Source: Desulfobacterales bacterium
Lineage (GTDB): Bacteria; Desulfobacterota; Desulfobacteria; Desulfobacterales; UBA5852
NCBI GenBank assembly: GCA_963674755.2
Contig: CAXXVS010000002.1
Location: 1,184,001-1,248,000 of the forward strand
Length of the DNA: 64,000 bases
Direction: 5' to 3'
Shown: positions 60,135 through 64,000 of the stretch, piece by piece
How positions within the stretch are numbered: the first letter of the stretch is position 1
How the letters are laid out: every line of letters starts with the position of its first letter
The notes under the pieces: model-generated
Told to the model about the DNA's origin: nothing
The model's database searches: none
What the model saw: only the letters and a program-made list of their open reading frames with translations
Made by a program: the position numbers and the translations under genes

Positions 60135-61175
60135 TCAATACAGGATATTTTCATCCTCATAAATTGTAATGTAATCTTGATCAATTTCAACAACATTACA
60201 CTTGATTATATTTTTTTCATTTTTATCTGTTTCAATCTTTAATGTCCCTGAAAGTGAAGTGGTTTCTTCAATAGTGCCTTCAATTTTATGAAGAGGATAT
60301 GCTTCTCCTTTATCGAAAACAGCAGTTTGTAGATCCCAATATGATACATAAGCAGAAAATACTATTTCTGCATCAAAAGAAACAATATAGTTGTTATACC
60401 CTATGCCTACAACATAATACTCCAAATCGTCAAAATGTAGCAACGATACATCTTCGGATTCTCCTTCCCAGTTAGCTTCAATTATAAAAGCTAAGCTTGG
60501 GAATTCTTCAGATATTGATTCCTGTAAGAGGGAATCGTTATCTGATAAAAGTTGATGGATTCTATCAATCTGTTCATCTTCACGCAGCAATGCGTCCGTA
60601 TATGCAGGCAATGATGGAAAGTATAAGAGATGCTTATACCTCTCACAAGCTGCTTTAAAGTCTTGATCTTTAGAAATGATTGCAATAAAATTATTAATAT
60701 TTTTATAGTAATGATTTATTGACGCTATTGAAAAAGCATCCGGAAATTCACTTTTTTTCTTTTTTTAAAAAGGCGCACGCCCCCAATAATACCAATCCAT
60801 AATATCCTGTATCTTTATCCCTTTATAATCAAGCTTATGGACAGTAAAATTTTTATAAAATTCTGACAAACCCTTTTCTATTTGATGAGCAAGTTGACTT
60901 GCAATTAAAAATCGATTACTTCCATTAAGTGGCCAAGTATCTAATTGGCATAAAAATGGAGCATTTCGAGCTGCATTTTCAAGTGATTTAACTGCAGCCT
61001 GTGACCGATCCCCGATATGACTTCGTATTTCCCGATCTGTAGGATCAGGAACGAGTAGTATTAATTGGTACTTTTTTGCCAAATTATCAAATGCTTTATA
61101 TCTTGCTAAATTAAAATTATACTTGCTATCATCAAAAATGCATGTGTCTATGAATATAGTAGTTGGAATGGTCAT
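60135..61175 (-). pseudogene. PIN-like (DUF4935-type) protein with in-frame TAA at 60765-60767
   Basis: IFIDTCIF ... RAPF*KKKKSEFPDAF ... IISKDQDF. ORFs 60765..61175 and 60135..60611 share a frame. Confidence 0.8.
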
Positions 61176-61243
61176 TTCATTATATCGAGGCTATAAATAA
61201 TTGGATGAAATTTCCAAAAATTAAAGATGTACAATAATTTGTT

Positions 61244-62818
61244 TTAAAACTTTCCCGTTATAGTTCCAAATAACAAACTTAGACATTCATTGATAGCTTC
61301 CCTAAAATTGTTAATATCTGTATTTGTCACGTCTACAGTGGCCCTCTCATGTATCAATTTATTTCGCATCAAATAATAGTGTTCTATTCTGTCCATAGTT
61401 TTTTGTTCGAATGAAATATTTTGTTTAACAACACTGATAACCTCAGATCGATTTCGAAACAATTCCTTGAGACTTTTGCCTTTTTTATTTAGACCTTTCT
61501 CATGTACAATATATTCTTTAAGTGCTATCTCAAACGTGCTGTCCAAAAGGATTAGCGCAATCCTATTCTTTGTTTCAAGCGGTTGTCTACCAATTACTTC
61601 TTGAGCAGCTAACGCATCTAATAAACCTGAAACCCAAGGCTTATCTTCCAAAACATCAGCATTATTTTCTTTCAAGTGATCTATTGTCTTTTTACGGACT
61701 TTTGGCAAAGGCGGCAAATATGACTTATTTACATTTTGAACATCATCAAATTCAATGTATTTTATTTCTCCTTTTTTGTACTGGTAGACGGTTTCGTTCC
61801 ACTGCCCCTTTAAACGGCGTGATAAAGAGGAAAAATCGGTAATTATAGGAACCAAAACGTTATATAAACCTTGGAAAATTGGATGCCCATAATTTATAGC
61901 TGATTTTGTGCTATTCCACGGCATACGATTGGCTGGTCCTTGAAACTTGACAATTACCCTAGCTAAAGATGCATCAGGGTGTGGGATACCTGCATATCCT
62001 TTCATATAACCCACATCACGATCCTTCACCGCTTTACAGATTAATCTATCATTGCAGTAAAAATATACCCCATAATTTTCCTTTACTGGATCACGATTTA
62101 GTACAAGGCCACCATATATTTCAACCCCAACACGTTCGCCTGATTGCGCTGGTATTTCAAACATATAGTATCGTGGCTCAAATTCAGGGGGGTATGCCCA
62201 TTGATCAAATTCCATCGGGATCAAACTTTTAGAGTTCACAATTATTTCAAAATTTTCATTTTTTAAAAATTGAGAATATGTTTCTTGCAAATGGATTATT
62301 AATTCATCCTTTGTTTTCTCAGTCAAAGAATATCTAAGGCCATACAAATCGATCATTGTTGTTCTTGGAGGTATCTCGTCCACATCATACACAGGGATTT
62401 CCCAATCTTCATCTTTCAACCAGTCATCATCAACATCTATTTGAAATGTGGTATCAGATTCATATCGGGTTCTAATCTTGATATTCTCAGCTAATGCAAT
62501 TACTGCTCTTTTACTACCAACTCCGAACATTCCAATTATAATTTCATTCGGATCATTGAGGCTTGACCCTGGACTAATCAAGACCTTTAATTCTGCTTCC
62601 GGTATACCACCAGCATTATCAATTATTCTAATTTTTCTTCTGTCGATGTCTAAATCAAGATTAACACAGAGTTTTTTTGTTTTTCCTCTTTTTAACCAAA
62701 GATCTAAAGCATTATCAATTAATTCACATATGGAGGTGTTAAGGCTATAATCGCTAATAATAGACCAAAATAGTCTTTTATTTGGTGTTACATTTATTGT
62801 TTTCTTTTCCTTCTTCAT
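61244..62818 (-). CDS. GHKL (MORC/Hsp90-like) ATPase fused to a C-terminal HEPN-like domain
   Basis: ELIDNALD, DNAGGI, GMFGVGSK; C-terminal ALILLDSTFEIALK...MRNKLIH (Rx4H). Confidence 0.78.
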   Translation of the reverse strand: MKKEKKTINVTPNKRLFWSIISDYSLNTSICELIDNALDLWLKRGKTKKLCVNLDLDIDRRKIRIIDNAGGIPEAELKVLISPGSSLNDPNEIIIGMFGVGSKRAVIALAENIKIRTRYESDTTFQIDVDDDWLKDEDWEIPVYDVDEIPPRTTMIDLYGLRYSLTEKTKDELIIHLQETYSQFLKNENFEIIVNSKSLIPMEFDQWAYPPEFEPRYYMFEIPAQSGERVGVEIYGGLVLNRDPVKENYGVYFYCNDRLICKAVKDRDVGYMKGYAGIPHPDASLARVIVKFQGPANRMPWNSTKSAINYGHPIFQGLYNVLVPIITDFSSLSRRLKGQWNETVYQYKKGEIKYIEFDDVQNVNKSYLPPLPKVRKKTIDHLKENNADVLEDKPWVSGLLDALAAQEVIGRQPLETKNRIALILLDSTFEIALKEYIVHEKGLNKKGKSLKELFRNRSEVISVVKQNISFEQKTMDRIEHYYLMRNKLIHERATVDVTNTDINNFREAINECLSLLFGTITGKF

Positions 62819-62913
62819 TGAAAACTACCCTTTGGTATTCTTCGCCATAACAACATTATCCAATCTAACTGATACTTCAACGGAATCAAAGACATACCCC
62901 AAAACCGCTTCTG

Positions 62914-63504
62914 CTAAAGCCATTCCATTATCTTAACGCGGTAGCCTTCACCCTTAAAAAGAGTTATTGCGTAGTCCCCTTTCGGGCCTCCCTCGTAGAT
63001 ATCGCTCCTGAATAATATATTCGACTCGATGATGGGCCATTTCGGAAAGCAGACGCAATTCATTTCCGCGTCAACGGTCAAAACCACATGGTGATCCTGC
63101 GGAATACTATGGGTGACGCCTTTGATTTGAATAAAGTGGGAAGTGCGTTCCCCTTCCTTTGGGGACAGAATGTAGCTTGCTGGGATGTCCTCCTCCTCGA
63201 TCATGTTGGAGGCCAGCAAAGTCTGATCGTTCGATTGGGGATCGTAGAGGTGGTACTTTTCGAGGGTATCGAAGGATCTGTTGGAGAGCAGGTTGAAAAA
63301 GCTGAAGACTGTATGAATACCAATAATAGTAATCAGTGCTGCTATAAGCGAGTAGTACGTTAAGAATTTAATGATGATTTTTGAGGTGCGGCTGAACTTG
63401 CTTTGCGGCTCTTTAGGCGGATCTGGCGACAGACCGGCATGGGCTGGCTTGGCATGTTTCCGTATCTCGCCGAGCTCGTGCCACATCTTTAACCTGAGTG
63501 GCAT
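62914..63504 (-). CDS. Hypothetical single-TM protein, possibly C-terminally truncated
   Basis: AGGAGG RBS, TM segment, ILSPKEGE Ig-like start. Confidence 0.55.
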   Translation of the reverse strand: MPLRLKMWHELGEIRKHAKPAHAGLSPDPPKEPQSKFSRTSKIIIKFLTYYSLIAALITIIGIHTVFSFFNLLSNRSFDTLEKYHLYDPQSNDQTLLASNMIEEEDIPASYILSPKEGERTSHFIQIKGVTHSIPQDHHVVLTVDAEMNCVCFPKWPIIESNILFRSDIYEGGPKGDYAITLFKGEGYRVKIMEWL

Positions 63505-64000
63505 GAGAACCTCCTATATGCTGTCAGTCCATGACCTCCGGGAATGAGCCGGCTGTCTCGCAGTCTGCCCTGGCCGGTTTCTGCTTTTAAGATCGTGCAG
63601 GTAAAGGAGTCCGAGAGCCTTTGCTTCTCCGTATGGATTTATCTAATTGTGATTGAATCCCTCCATAAGAATTCAAGAGCTTCAGAAATCTTTCCTGCAA
63701 CTCGACTTTAAACCTGTCGATATCTGACGGCATTTTTACCGCGACTATATACGGCTATAGCGTACTAGCGTACAGAGAACACTCGGTCCTCTGAATTGAA
63801 CGGGATAGTGAGGTAGGCCGGCTTCCCAAAAAAGCCAATAGAAACAATCATTGGAGCCTTTCTGGATCACGGTCTACCTACCACAGCGCTGTCTAATAAA
63901 CAAGGCATTTTCCAAGAATCGTCAAGCCACCTAGGCCGCTATCTGCCCCTCATGGCTCATGTTTTTCGAGGAAGCCACTGGAGGAAGCACGGATGCCTAA

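Overview
The window comes from a Deltaproteobacterium (Desulfobacterales-like, inferred from gene content) and has three parts. (1) 1-~8130 is the end of an integrative element or prophage remnant. It holds a tyrosine integrase, a nonsense-broken DUF4124-like gene and a decayed duplicate of the integrase 3' end. These are followed by a co-oriented array of mostly AT-rich cargo genes (NDT/TIR-like protein, RNase HI-like protein, small hypothetical, MqsR-MqsA-SecB toxin-antitoxin-chaperone module, methyltransferase). The cargo genes are separated by diverged copies of one ~290-bp unit encoding a 78-aa protein, and four cargo genes stop inside that unit. (2) ~8660-42145 is GC-rich core genome: usp, SORL-like protein, threonine aldolase, mnmA, mtaB, ppi, djlA, tRNA-Leu, ribF, def-fmt-rsmB-rpe, VKOR-DsbA, a sigma54-driven type IVa pilin with PilR, pyrBC, lepB, pgpA, larC and tRNA-Sec. 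(3) 42146-64000 is an island directly downstream of selC. It contains phage tail remnants, IS5, IS21 and IS1595 elements with visible inverted repeats and target duplications, a protealysin/emfourin pair, and candidate defence genes (PD-(D/E)XK nuclease, nonsense-broken PIN protein, GHKL-ATPase-HEPN fusion). All calls rest on motif recognition by eye; no database searches were run.
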